Source: Armatimonadota bacterium (GTDB lineage Bacteria; Armatimonadota; UBA5829; DTJY01). From it: a DNA stretch of 64,000 bases. Of the stretch, positions 1 through 9,281 are shown piece by piece (position 1 is the first letter of the stretch; every line of letters starts with the position of its first letter). The notes under the pieces are model-generated. The model did not search any database. It was not told the origin of the DNA and saw only the letters and a list, made by a program, of their open reading frames with translations. Location of the stretch: assembly GCA_029907255.1 (NCBI GenBank), contig JARYMF010000007.1, positions 37,896 through 101,895 of the forward strand. The letters run 5' to 3'. The translations under genes were made by a program, and so were the position numbers.

Positions 1-381
1 GATATTGCCTATGGTAAGGGACTGACCAATGGTAACATCTATGCACTTGCAGATAAAGAATTGTTTGTTCGAGCTATCTACGAAGTATTGGTAAATGCTA
101 TTCAAGCATCCGAGGGACGGAAAGTATATGTTGATGTTGAATTAGTTCCTCCCGAAAGCCCTGAGTGGGTTCATGTATTGATAGCCGATTCTGGTCCCGG
201 GATACCGGAGGATATTTTGCTGGACATTTTCGATCCATTCTTTTCCACTCGAGAAAAAGCACAAGGGCTTGGTTTGACTATAAGCTTAGCAGTAATGCGC
301 CAGATGGGTGGGTCGGTCGAAGTAATGCACACGGGGCCAGAGGGCACCGTGATGGCAATCAAAGTGTCAGCAAGGAGGTAA
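1..381 (+). CDS. Sensor histidine kinase, C-terminal HATPase_c fragment (5' end lies outside the window)
   Basis: The frame is open from nt 1. G1/G2-box-like motifs DSGPGIPEDIL and GLGLTISLAVMRQMGG are present. The stop at 379-381 overlaps an AGGAGG that serves as RBS for the next gene. Confidence 0.75.
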   Translation, partial: DIAYGKGLTNGNIYALADKELFVRAIYEVLVNAIQASEGRKVYVDVELVPPESPEWVHVLIADSGPGIPEDILLDIFDPFFSTREKAQGLGLTISLAVMRQMGGSVEVMHTGPEGTVMAIKVSARR

Positions 382-385
382 GAAG

Positions 386-781
386 TTGAGCCGGGCACGA
401 ATTCTCGTTGTGGATGACGAACAGAAGCTTTGCGATATCTTAAAGGATATTCTGGAAATAGAGGGATATGAAGTTGAGATATGTTTTGATGAAGCCTCGG
501 CTTATGAAAAACTTGCCTCCAATCAGTTTGACATAGCCATTGTGGATGTCTTTATATCCAACGAGCCGTCTGGCATCTTGTTAGCTAGGCATATAGCTGA
601 GTGTTATCCAGAGACAAGCCTGATTCTAATGACTGGTTTTGCAGACGAAGCGGATATTTGCCGGGCCTTCGAGGCTGGAGCCTATGCCTGTATTACTAAG
701 CCTTTCATGCTTGACGACGTTCTTCGTGTTGTCGGAACGGTCTTAGATAATCGAGGGCAAAATCTTGCATTCGCAGCTTGA
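386..781 (+). CDS. Stand-alone CheY-like response regulator, receiver domain only
   Basis: 131 aa. Receiver hallmarks are present: VVDDE, phospho-acceptor IVDVF, LMTGF, ITKPF. There is no output domain. TTG start lies 6 nt after AGGAGG. Confidence 0.8.
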   Translation: MSRARILVVDDEQKLCDILKDILEIEGYEVEICFDEASAYEKLASNQFDIAIVDVFISNEPSGILLARHIAECYPETSLILMTGFADEADICRAFEAGAYACITKPFMLDDVLRVVGTVLDNRGQNLAFAA

Positions 782-800
782 TTAGCTGCCTGAGAGCAGG

Positions 801-2213
801 GTGTCAAAGATGCGAATAAGAACGGAAACATTACAAAAGCAGATAGCTGGAATAGCGCCTGAGTATATAATGGGGAAAAGCGTCCTGAAAATGAGTTCTT
901 TGGAACTTCAGGAGTTTGTTCAGGCGCAGTCCATTGAAAACCCAGCTCTGGTTATAGAAGAAGTACCACAATGTCCTGTTTGTGGCCGTGACCTTTCAGA
1001 TGCCGAATGTCCTGCATGCGGTTCTCATCCACTCGATGTTTCCGGTGACCAAGTTGAATCGGACGATTGGCATGAAGAGGGGTGGTTGGCAGTCCAGCGC
1101 TCATCAGAAAGTGATACTTCGTTTGAGCCTCTTTCCGTTGTGGCATCGCCCCAATCCCTTCGTGATTATTTAAAGGAGCAAATTCGGACTAGTCTTGAGC
1201 CTGAGCTTCATGAAACTGCAGATTTCATCGTTGATGTTTTGGACGAAGACGGCTATTTGCGGGAGCCCTTAATTGATATTGCTAGTCGTTTAGGCCTTAG
1301 CGTACCTGAACTTGAGTCTGTACTTGAAAAAGTTCAAGATCTTGACCCACCTGGGATAGCTGCCCGAAGCCTTCAAGAATGCTTGCTAATTCAACTTAAG
1401 CGGTTGACAATAGCACATCCAGACCATTTTCTTGCATGTGTCATCGTCCGCGACCATTGGGATGGAGTTGTGAGAATGAGGCTCGACCAAATCGCGAAGA
1501 AGATGGGCGTATCACGGGAGCAAGTTGATGGTGCTTTCAAGTTCATACGTGAGCATCTAAACCCCCGGCCTGCAAGCATGTTTCGCGACCCATGGGAGCG
1601 TTTTGCACCACGCAACGTATGCCGAACAAGCCCTGATATTGAGGTTCGTTTGAATGCCGATGGTTTAATGGCACAAATTGTAGATCCAACGACTGGCCGC
1701 ATCGCAGTAGATCAGTTTTATGCTGACTTATATGCTGAAATGAGCCACAAGAGAAATGGTTACTCAGAATCTGACCGCGCTCATGTTCGAGAGTGCGTAC
1801 TGAAGGCTCAAGCGCTCATCGAGGCTCTTGAATTTCGAAAAGTAACGCTCCGAAAAATTGCCAATGAGCTTCTTAAGCTGCAAGCTGATTTTTTCCTTCG
1901 AGGTCCATCGGAATTAAAACCTATGACAAGAAAAGAGCTTGCTGCACGCATAGGTGTTCATGAGTCGACCGTGTGTCGAGCGATTAAGGATAAGACAATC
2001 CGACTCCCATCCGGCGAAGTTATTTCAATGGAACTCCTTTTTGACTCCGCACTTCCGGTTAAGGAGCTTGTGCGAAGTCTTGCATCTCAGCGGCTTAGCG
2101 ACAGCGAAATCGCAGCTCGGCTTAAAGAGCTAGGAATCTCCATTGCTCGCAGAACTGTAGCAAAATACCGCGAGCAACTACGGGTACCGCGCATGGAATA
2201 TCGCATTGCATAG
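801..2213 (+). CDS. rpoN: RNA polymerase sigma-54 factor RpoN
   Basis: Region I LKMSSLELQEFVQAQSIENP is present. The C-terminal HTH ESTVCRAIKDK and the RpoN box ARRTVAKYRE are present. An unusual CPxCG...CPxCG insertion follows region I. Confidence 0.9.
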   Translation: MSKMRIRTETLQKQIAGIAPEYIMGKSVLKMSSLELQEFVQAQSIENPALVIEEVPQCPVCGRDLSDAECPACGSHPLDVSGDQVESDDWHEEGWLAVQRSSESDTSFEPLSVVASPQSLRDYLKEQIRTSLEPELHETADFIVDVLDEDGYLREPLIDIASRLGLSVPELESVLEKVQDLDPPGIAARSLQECLLIQLKRLTIAHPDHFLACVIVRDHWDGVVRMRLDQIAKKMGVSREQVDGAFKFIREHLNPRPASMFRDPWERFAPRNVCRTSPDIEVRLNADGLMAQIVDPTTGRIAVDQFYADLYAEMSHKRNGYSESDRAHVRECVLKAQALIEALEFRKVTLRKIANELLKLQADFFLRGPSELKPMTRKELAARIGVHESTVCRAIKDKTIRLPSGEVISMELLFDSALPVKELVRSLASQRLSDSEIAARLKELGISIARRTVAKYREQLRVPRMEYRIA

Positions 2214-2327
2214 GCATCTCTTCTTGCTTGCAAATCCCATCATTAATTGTTAAAGACCTCTTTTCAGCGAAAACCTCTGTAATATACTGCTCGGGCAGTA
2301 CGAGCGAAGCGCAGTAATTCTTTGCCC

Positions 2328-2343
2328 TGGCACACGAATTGCT
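2328..2343 (+). promoter_or_regulatory. Sigma-54 -24/-12 promoter upstream of flgB
   Basis: Sequence cccTGGCACacgaaTTGCTgtaaata. GG-N10-GC spacing is exact. It ends 42 nt before the flgB ATG. Confidence 0.6.
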
Positions 2344-2385
2344 GTAAATACGTTGCCCATCGCATAAAGGCAGGTTGAGGTAGAT

Positions 2386-2772
2386 ATGGTACGCAGTTTC
2401 TTCTCAGATTTAACGACTGTAATGTTGGCTAAATGCTTGGATGCTTGTGGCTTAAGACAACGCGTCATTGCCAACAATATCGCAAATGTTGAGACGCCTG
2501 GCTTCACGCGCTCGGAGGTGGCTTTCGAAAGCCGTCTTAAGGAGGCGCTCGAAGCTACAAGTGAGGAGTCAGCAATAAGCCGAATTGAGAAAATCCAGCC
2601 TGAAATTATACAGGATAACATTTCGCCAGCAAGACCAAATGGGAATAACGTCTCGATCGAGAAAGAAATGGCTGATATGACGAAGAACTCAATGCAATAC
2701 GAAGCCCTTGTTCAGCTAATGAACCTCAAAGCAGCCATGATTCGCATGGCGATGAATGAAGGGAGGCGTTAG
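2386..2772 (+). CDS. flgB: Flagellar basal-body rod protein FlgB
   Basis: 128 aa. N-terminal rod motif NNIANVETPGFTRSEV. First gene of the rod/MS-ring block. Confidence 0.9.
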   Translation: MVRSFFSDLTTVMLAKCLDACGLRQRVIANNIANVETPGFTRSEVAFESRLKEALEATSEESAISRIEKIQPEIIQDNISPARPNGNNVSIEKEMADMTKNSMQYEALVQLMNLKAAMIRMAMNEGRR

Positions 2773-2774
2773 CT

Positions 2775-3185
2775 GTGGGTAGTTTTTCCTCAATGGACAT
2801 AAGCGCATCGGGACTTTTCGCCCAACGAGTTCGCTTGGATGCTATTGCCAACAATATTGCAAACGCAATGACTACCCGTACTGAGAAAGGTGGACCATAT
2901 AAAAGGCTTGAGGTTGTTTTCAAGGCTTCAAGTGGTCAATTCGACCCCTCAAACGCGGGTGTGCAGGTGGAATCAGTTGTGGAAAGCGACGACCCACCTA
3001 AGATGATTTATGACCCCTCGCATCCCGATGCTGGGCCTGATGGAATGGTCGCCATGCCGAACGTGAATATTGTGGAGGAAATGGTGGACCTAATTAGCGC
3101 AACAAGAGCTTATGAGGCGAATATCATGGCAATTAATGCCGCACGTTCTATGATAAGCAAGGCTTTGGAGATCGGAAGAACATAA
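2775..3185 (+). CDS. flgC: Flagellar basal-body rod protein FlgC
   Basis: 136 aa. Motifs ANNIANAMTTRT..GGPYKR and C-terminal ATRAYEANIMAINAA. Confidence 0.9.
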   Translation: MGSFSSMDISASGLFAQRVRLDAIANNIANAMTTRTEKGGPYKRLEVVFKASSGQFDPSNAGVQVESVVESDDPPKMIYDPSHPDAGPDGMVAMPNVNIVEEMVDLISATRAYEANIMAINAARSMISKALEIGRT

Positions 3186-3194
3186 TGGGGGCAA

Positions 3195-3494
3195 GTGATA
3201 GCCATGAGGATAGAAGGAATTGGTAGTGGAATTTCAAAAAACCCGGTTTCAATAATAGAAACCACCAATAAAGATAGGAGTTTCGGGCAGTCGATAAGAG
3301 ACGCGATTTCCGAGGTAAATCGTCTTCAAACGGAAGCAGACCAGCTCGCCACAAAGCTTGCAGTAGGTGACGCTGTCGAGATACACCAGGCGATGATTGC
3401 CATGCAGAAAGCAAGCACCGCACTGCAGTTCACTGTTCAAGTTAGGAACAAGATTATAGAGGCTTATCAAGAAATTATGAGGATGCAAGTCTGA
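3195..3494 (+). CDS. fliE: Flagellar hook-basal body protein FliE
   Basis: 99 aa. The C-terminal alpha-helical segment MQKASTALQFTVQVRNKIIEAYQEIMRMQV is typical of FliE. Position between flgC and fliF fits. Confidence 0.85.
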   Translation: MIAMRIEGIGSGISKNPVSIIETTNKDRSFGQSIRDAISEVNRLQTEADQLATKLAVGDAVEIHQAMIAMQKASTALQFTVQVRNKIIEAYQEIMRMQV

Positions 3495-3509
3495 AGAGGT
3501 AAGTAACTA

Positions 3510-5057
3510 ATGGAGCAATTGGCTAAATTTGGTCCGTTTCAAGCTGTTGGAAAGTTTTGGAATGCCCTAACAGGCACTCAGCGTTTCATAAGTGTTATTT
3601 TTATCTCCACAAGTATAGTTTTGCTTATTGTTGTATCGGTTTTAGCTACAAGGCCAAGAATGGAGGTACTTTTTGCAGGGTTGGAATCCACCGATGCCGG
3701 CGCAATTGTTTCTAAGCTTCAGGAAAAAGGAATTCCTTATGAAATTAGTGGCGGCGGCTCTGTTATCAAAGTACCTGAGCGAAGCGTTCATGAGATGCGT
3801 TTGGCTATGGCGACTCAAGGCTTGCCTCAAGGTGGAAATGTTGGATTTGAAATCTTTGACAAGACAACCTTTGGGATGACGGAGTTTTCACAGCGCTTGA
3901 ATTACCAGCGTGCATTGCAGGGCGAACTGAGTCGAACAATTAGCCAGCTCGATATGGTTGATCAGGCAAGAGTTCATATTTCTATCCCGGAGCCAAGCGT
4001 CTTTAAGAAAGACAATAAGGAGGCGTCGGCGTCTGTGGTAGTCAAGCTGCGCCCTGGCGGGAGGTTGGAATCTGAGCAGGTAGCTGGCATAGTGCATCTT
4101 GTTGCGTCTGCAGTTTCTGGGTTAGACGCAGACCACGTGACCGTTATTGATACCCATGGCAATGTGCTCTCAGAAGCTGGTGAGTCTGAAACCGGAATTG
4201 ACCCTCGACTTAGTGCTTCTCAATCTCAGCTCAAGAGGAACTACGAACGCCAAGTTGAGAAGGACCTTCAGGCCATGCTTGACCGTGTTGTTGGGCCCAA
4301 CAAAGCAGTTGTAAAGGTAAATGCAAGGATGAACTTTGATCGCCGTGAAACAAGCAGTGAAACTTATATTCCGGTGGGAAATGGCAGAGGCATACTTTTG
4401 AGCGAAGAGCACGAAGAAGAAACGTATGGCGGCAATTCCGGGACTGTGGGCGGTGTTGTCGGAATAACGGGCAACGTTCGGCCCTCCGTTTCGAGGACCG
4501 TTGGGCAAAATGCAGGCTATTCCCGCATTCAAACAAGCAACAAATATCAGGTTTCCAAGACAACTGAGCATGTGATTAGGGCGGCTGGATCGGTGGACCA
4601 ACTTTCGGTTGCTGTAGTGCTTGATCAAAAAGTTGATGCATCGAGGATACCAGCTATTCAAAGCGCTGTTGAGGCGGCGGTTGGCGCAGATCCTAAGAGA
4701 GGTGATAGAGTAATCGTACAGAGCATACCCTTTGATGATTCCGCAACAAAACTAGAGAAAGAAATGAATGCGGCAGCCGCAAAGCAAAACTATCTGTCAA
4801 TTGGGAAAAGCATTCTTGGGGTACTCCTTCTCTTTGGATTCCTTTTCTTTTTAAAGCGGACTGTTAGTCAAATCAAGGTTAGCATTCCCGAACCACCGAT
4901 GCCATCAACTGCGTCGCCTCAGACAGCTCAGGTCATGACCGGCAAAGAATATATGACACCTCAGTCGGTTCCAAACGAGGTGGTAATACAAAGTATTGGG
5001 CAAAAGAGTCCCGAAGAAGTAGCCCAAGTTATTAAATCGTGGATTTCAAAATCGTAA
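3510..5057 (+). CDS. fliF: Flagellar MS-ring protein FliF
   Basis: 515 aa. N-terminal TM segment, then LPQGGNVGFEIFDKTTFGMTEFSQRLNYQRALQGELSRTI, then a C-terminal TM segment. Confidence 0.9.
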   Translation: MEQLAKFGPFQAVGKFWNALTGTQRFISVIFISTSIVLLIVVSVLATRPRMEVLFAGLESTDAGAIVSKLQEKGIPYEISGGGSVIKVPERSVHEMRLAMATQGLPQGGNVGFEIFDKTTFGMTEFSQRLNYQRALQGELSRTISQLDMVDQARVHISIPEPSVFKKDNKEASASVVVKLRPGGRLESEQVAGIVHLVASAVSGLDADHVTVIDTHGNVLSEAGESETGIDPRLSASQSQLKRNYERQVEKDLQAMLDRVVGPNKAVVKVNARMNFDRRETSSETYIPVGNGRGILLSEEHEEETYGGNSGTVGGVVGITGNVRPSVSRTVGQNAGYSRIQTSNKYQVSKTTEHVIRAAGSVDQLSVAVVLDQKVDASRIPAIQSAVEAAVGADPKRGDRVIVQSIPFDDSATKLEKEMNAAAAKQNYLSIGKSILGVLLLFGFLFFLKRTVSQIKVSIPEPPMPSTASPQTAQVMTGKEYMTPQSVPNEVVIQSIGQKSPEEVAQVIKSWISKS

Positions 5058-5069
5058 GGTTGGTGTGCT

Positions 5070-6128
5070 GTGACTACCCAAGATTCATTAAATGGTCTTC
5101 AAAAAGCATCTATTCTATTAATGTCGCTGGGTGCCTCTGCATCCGCGGAGATACTAAAGCACTTAAGTGAGCAAGAAATCGAGATGCTCACAAGAGCGAT
5201 TGTTCAAACTGAGCGTGTCGACCAAGAGGTCCGTGACATGGTGCTAGAAGAATTCCAGCGCGAACTTGCAGTTGCAGAGACCTCTTTGACCGGCGGCAAA
5301 GATTTTGCGGTACAAGTGCTCGAGCAGGCATTGGGCCAAGAAAAAGCAAGCAAACTTATTACACATTCGAGTAAGTCAACTTCTGGGAATACCCTACAGT
5401 CAGTTTGGGACATAGAGCCGGAAAAATTGGCAAAAACAATCGGCAATGAACACCCTCAAATTGTTTCTTTGCTACTCCTGAACCTCCCGCCAAATACTGC
5501 GGCAGGGGTACTCTCAAAGCTTGATCCAGAATATCAAGCGGAGGTAGCTACTCGCATATGTACGATGGGCGAAGTAGATCCTGGGGTCATAGCAGAAATT
5601 GAGGCTGCATTGAGGCCCAAAGAGTCAGGCGTAGCTGTTGAAGAGGTAGAGTTGTTGTCTGGCCCAGCTGCCCTTGTTGATATTCTAAATAACGTTGACC
5701 GCGTAACTGAGCGAGCCGTTCTCGAGGCAATGAACGCCAGGGATGAAGCTACGTGGCAGCAAGTTCGCAAGATGATGTTCCTATTTGAGGATATTGTTAA
5801 GCTCAGCGACAGGTCTGTACAGCTGGTGCTGAGGGAAATTGACCAGGATGACTTGCGCCTTGCTGTAAAGGGTTGTCAAGATGAAATAAAAGAAGTCATA
5901 TTTCGCAACATGTCTGAACGTGCAGTAGAGAGTTTGAAGGAAGACCTTGAATTAATGGAAAAGGTCAAGCAAAAGGATATAGACGAAGCCCAACAGCGGA
6001 TTGCCTCGGTGGTCAGGCGGATGCTGGCTAGCGGCGAAATTACGCTTGATGAAGATGAAGAGTCAGAAATGCCTGCAGAGGAATCGGTTACTGAGGGAGA
6101 CAAAGTTGAACAGCCTAATCAAAGCTAA
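5070..6128 (+). CDS. fliG: Flagellar motor switch protein FliG
   Basis: 352 aa. Conserved middle and C-terminal FliG motifs are present, e.g. MMFLFEDIVKLSDRSVQLVLREI. Confidence 0.9.
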   Translation: MTTQDSLNGLQKASILLMSLGASASAEILKHLSEQEIEMLTRAIVQTERVDQEVRDMVLEEFQRELAVAETSLTGGKDFAVQVLEQALGQEKASKLITHSSKSTSGNTLQSVWDIEPEKLAKTIGNEHPQIVSLLLLNLPPNTAAGVLSKLDPEYQAEVATRICTMGEVDPGVIAEIEAALRPKESGVAVEEVELLSGPAALVDILNNVDRVTERAVLEAMNARDEATWQQVRKMMFLFEDIVKLSDRSVQLVLREIDQDDLRLAVKGCQDEIKEVIFRNMSERAVESLKEDLELMEKVKQKDIDEAQQRIASVVRRMLASGEITLDEDEESEMPAEESVTEGDKVEQPNQS

Positions 6129-6789
6129 AGTAGTTGCTCAAAGTGAGCCGGTATACATTGTTGCTTGTGATACTGAAATAAAGAAGAGACGGAAAAGAAG
6201 TACTTCCTCGCCTCAGGACCAGGCTCGTGCGGTTGTGGAGAGTGCCAAAGAAGAAGCAGCACAAATTTTGGAGAATGCCAATCGCGAGGCAGAGGCAATC
6301 CGCGCTGCGGCTTACAATGAAGGCTACCAGGCTGGCCTTAGGGAGTTAAATGCTGAAAAGGAGGCTTTAGCTGAGCGGGCGGCTTTGGTAGAGAAGGAGG
6401 CAGAAAAGCAGCTTGCTGAATTTTGGGCTGAAATTGAGCCCGAATTGCTGAAGCTTGCAGTGGAAATTGCAGAGAAAATTATACGTCATGAGCTTGCAGA
6501 GAACAATAAATACGTGCTTTCAACGGTCAAGACTGCACTTTACCAGCTTCGGGACCGCAGAGAAATCAAGATAAGAGTTAACCCCAATGATTATGAGCTA
6601 GTTCGCAGTCATAAAGATGAGCTCGTTTGCTCGTTCGATGGGGTGCATGAGTTGGAAATTATCGAAGACCGTCGAGTTGATCAGGGCGGGTGCGTTATAG
6701 AGTCGGCTAACGGAGAACTAGATGCACGGATTGCCACACAGCTTGCCGAGGTAGAGCGAGCACTTATGGAGGCAGCACATAATGGCTAG
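6106..6789 (+). CDS. fliH: Flagellar assembly protein FliH (start uncertain)
   Basis: The ORF is open from 6001. An in-frame TTG at 6106 is preceded by GGGAG. Coiled-coil EAEAIRAAAYNEGYQAGL is followed by a C-terminal FliH domain. It overlaps the fliG stop by 23 nt. Confidence 0.7.
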   Translation: MNSLIKAKVVAQSEPVYIVACDTEIKKRRKRSTSSPQDQARAVVESAKEEAAQILENANREAEAIRAAAYNEGYQAGLRELNAEKEALAERAALVEKEAEKQLAEFWAEIEPELLKLAVEIAEKIIRHELAENNKYVLSTVKTALYQLRDRREIKIRVNPNDYELVRSHKDELVCSFDGVHELEIIEDRRVDQGGCVIESANGELDARIATQLAEVERALMEAAHNG

Positions 6790-8122
6790 CACCATTAGAC
6801 GCCCCGACCTTCGCCGATACAGTCGGGTTGTTAGCAAGCTTAATACTATGAAACTAAACGGCAAGGTTAGCCAGGTTGTTGGCGTTGTTATCGAATCTCG
6901 TGGCCCTGCTGCCCGACTAGGTGAGGTGTGCGAGATCTATGCCAGCAGGAACGCACCTCCAGTTCTTGCTGAGGTCGTAGGTTTCAAGGAGGATTCTGTT
7001 CTCTTGATGCCTCTCGGTGACATGGATGGGATTGCTCTCGGAAGCGACGTCATTGCAAGGGGAACCTCCCTAAAGGTTAAGGTCGGCGAAGACCTGCTTG
7101 GAAGAGTACTTGACGGACTTGGAAGGCCAATTGACGGTGGCGGGCCGATTACAGTAGAGAACGAGCTTCTTGTTAATAGAATGCCGCCGCCTGCTCTTGA
7201 ACGCCGGCGGATTCAAGAACGCTTGGCATTTGGAATAAGAGCGATTGATGGTCCTTTGGTTTGCGGCAGAGGCCAAAGGATAGGAATATTCGCAGGCAGT
7301 GGAGTGGGGAAAAGTACGCTTCTCGGTATGATTGCACGAAACACAGAAGCTGATGTGAACGTGATTGCTTTGGTAGGCGAGCGTGGCCGCGAGGTGCGGG
7401 ATTTCCTTGAAAAGGATCTTGGGCCGGAAGGTCTTGCTAGGTCGGTTGTTGTCGTTGCAACGTCAGACCAAAATGCAGTTGTCCGCTTGAAGGGTGCTTT
7501 GGTAGCTACGACAATCGCGGAGTATTTTCGCGACAAAGGAAAAGAAGTCATGCTTATGATGGATTCGATTACAAGAGTTGCTTGGGCACAGCGTGAGATA
7601 GGTTTAGCAGTTGGTGAGCCACCAACAACAAGGGGATACACGCCGTCGGTTTTCGCTTTGCTACCGAAGCTATTGGAACGTTCTGGGACCGCAGCCGTAG
7701 GTTCAATCACAGGTTTGTATACAGTTCTTGTGGAAGGCGACGATATGAACGAGCCAGTTGCGGATTCTGTAAGGAGCATACTTGACGGTCACATTGTGCT
7801 TTCGAGGGACCTGGCAAATCGAAACCACTATCCTGCAATTGATGTGCTTGCAAGTGTTAGTAGGCTGATGCCGGACATAGCCTCAAAGGAGCATTTGGAG
7901 GCAGCCGGTAAGTTAAGAGATTTACTAGCAACCTATCGGTCGGCTGAGGACCTAATCAACATAGGCGCGTATGTTGATGGTAGCAACCCAAAGATTGACG
8001 AGGCTAAACGCAAGATAGATGATGTGAATAATTTTCTTATACAGGGCACATATGAGGATGCTCCGTTTGATGAGACAGTATCTGCATTAGTAAACCTTAT
8101 AAGGAGTGAGGAAAAGGCATAA
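6782..8122 (+). CDS. fliI: Flagellum-specific ATPase FliI
   Basis: 446 aa. Walker A GSGVGKST and a T3SS/F1-type ATPase core are present. Confidence 0.92.
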   Translation: MASTIRRPDLRRYSRVVSKLNTMKLNGKVSQVVGVVIESRGPAARLGEVCEIYASRNAPPVLAEVVGFKEDSVLLMPLGDMDGIALGSDVIARGTSLKVKVGEDLLGRVLDGLGRPIDGGGPITVENELLVNRMPPPALERRRIQERLAFGIRAIDGPLVCGRGQRIGIFAGSGVGKSTLLGMIARNTEADVNVIALVGERGREVRDFLEKDLGPEGLARSVVVVATSDQNAVVRLKGALVATTIAEYFRDKGKEVMLMMDSITRVAWAQREIGLAVGEPPTTRGYTPSVFALLPKLLERSGTAAVGSITGLYTVLVEGDDMNEPVADSVRSILDGHIVLSRDLANRNHYPAIDVLASVSRLMPDIASKEHLEAAGKLRDLLATYRSAEDLINIGAYVDGSNPKIDEAKRKIDDVNNFLIQGTYEDAPFDETVSALVNLIRSEEKA

Positions 8123-8184
8123 GCAAGGAGTTATCCGTAAGCCGAAAAATGATAACGCTTTCTTCAAACGCTAGGTGATAAGTT

Positions 8185-8661
8185 ATGAAAAGCTTTCGGT
8201 TTAATCTCCAGAAGGTTCTTAACTACCGTGAGAATGTGGAAGAAATCCTTTTAGCTGAATTGGCAGCAATTAGGGCGGCATATGACCGTGAGCTTGGACG
8301 GCTGAGCGAAATCACTGCTGCGAGGGATATGTTTCATGATGCAATGAAGAGAGAGCTTGCATATGGGGATCCTGAGTACATCCGGAGGGCTTATCACTAC
8401 CTTCAGGACTTGTCAAAGCAAGTTGATGCTCAGCAGATTACGGTACACAGACTTGCCATTGAGAAGGAAGCGAAAACAGCGGAGGTTATTAAGGCATCTC
8501 AGGATCGAAAAATATTGGAGAAGTTGCGTGAGTATAAAGCGGCCGAGCATAAACAAGAGTCGCTCAGGGAGGAACAGAAGTTCCTGGATGAAGTTGCTGG
8601 AAATAAATACATGCGAAGACGAGCAGCGAAAAGATCCATGGGGTGGAAAAATGAATCTTGA
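8185..8661 (+). CDS. fliJ: Flagellar export chaperone FliJ
   Basis: 158 aa, coiled-coil, with N-terminus MKSFRFNLQKVLNYRE. Position after fliI fits. Confidence 0.7.
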   Translation: MKSFRFNLQKVLNYRENVEEILLAELAAIRAAYDRELGRLSEITAARDMFHDAMKRELAYGDPEYIRRAYHYLQDLSKQVDAQQITVHRLAIEKEAKTAEVIKASQDRKILEKLREYKAAEHKQESLREEQKFLDEVAGNKYMRRRAAKRSMGWKNES

Positions 8662-9178
8662 AAACGTTGAAGCTGTGAAAGCCCGAATAGCAGAAATTCG
8701 CAAACGATTTGTGGACCCAGTGGAAAGATTTTCTCAATCGTCGCATTGTGCGTTTGAATGTTTCCTCAAGCGTGCCAAGATTTCCAATGTGCCAGTTTGC
8801 CCAGAGGATTTAGAGCCGCTAATTAATCAAGCTGCTGAAAAATATGGCATTGATTCCTCAATAATCAAGGCAATTATCAGTGTGGAATCGGGGTTTTCTC
8901 AGTCAGCGGTATCGAGGGTTGGGGCAGTAGGTTTGATGCAGCTTATGCCTGGTACTGCTCGTGCTCTCGGTGTTGACCCAAGCGATCCAGCGCAGAATAT
9001 AGACGGCGGGACCAGGTATCTTAGGCAGCAGCTTGATCGTTTTGGAACATTGGAAAAAGCATTGGCGGCATATAACGCTGGTCCTGGCGCAGTTTTAAGG
9101 TATGGTGGAATTCCACCATACACGGAAACTCGAAACTACGTTGAGGCTGTGTTGGGAAGGATTGATTTTTATCGCTAG
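8651..9178 (+). CDS. SLT-domain lytic transglycosylase (flagellar peptidoglycan hydrolase candidate)
   Basis: The ATG at 8651 is in frame with the long ORF 8357..9178. SLT motifs: SVESGFSQSAVSRVGAVGLMQLMP and AYNAGPGAV. It overlaps the fliJ stop by 11 nt. Confidence 0.75.
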   Translation: MNLENVEAVKARIAEIRKRFVDPVERFSQSSHCAFECFLKRAKISNVPVCPEDLEPLINQAAEKYGIDSSIIKAIISVESGFSQSAVSRVGAVGLMQLMPGTARALGVDPSDPAQNIDGGTRYLRQQLDRFGTLEKALAAYNAGPGAVLRYGGIPPYTETRNYVEAVLGRIDFYR

Positions 9179-9281
9179 TTAGTTTTTGGCAGGGGTTGTT
9201 CTGGCTTAATGACCACTGCCCAAAAAAATAAACGAAGGGAGGTAAAGCATCATAAAGGAAATAGCGAGTACACTTAACGAA

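Noticed and set aside
4170-4661. Antisense ORFs inside fliF, flagellin (29806..30243), fliD (28172..28725), the giant transferase (42138..45728) and others
   Set aside because: They lie on the opposite strand of genes with strong homology support, are typically 60-160 aa and have no domains. They are spurious six-frame products.
6001-6105. Upstream extension of the fliH ORF into fliG
   Set aside because: It overlaps the fliG C-terminus and has no RBS. The in-frame TTG at 6106 with GGGAG upstream gives a normal-length FliH.
8357-9178. Long 273-aa ORF spanning fliJ and the SLT gene
   Set aside because: Its first ~98 codons overlap fliJ in another frame and look like non-protein sequence. Only the part from the ATG at 8651, the SLT domain, is credible.
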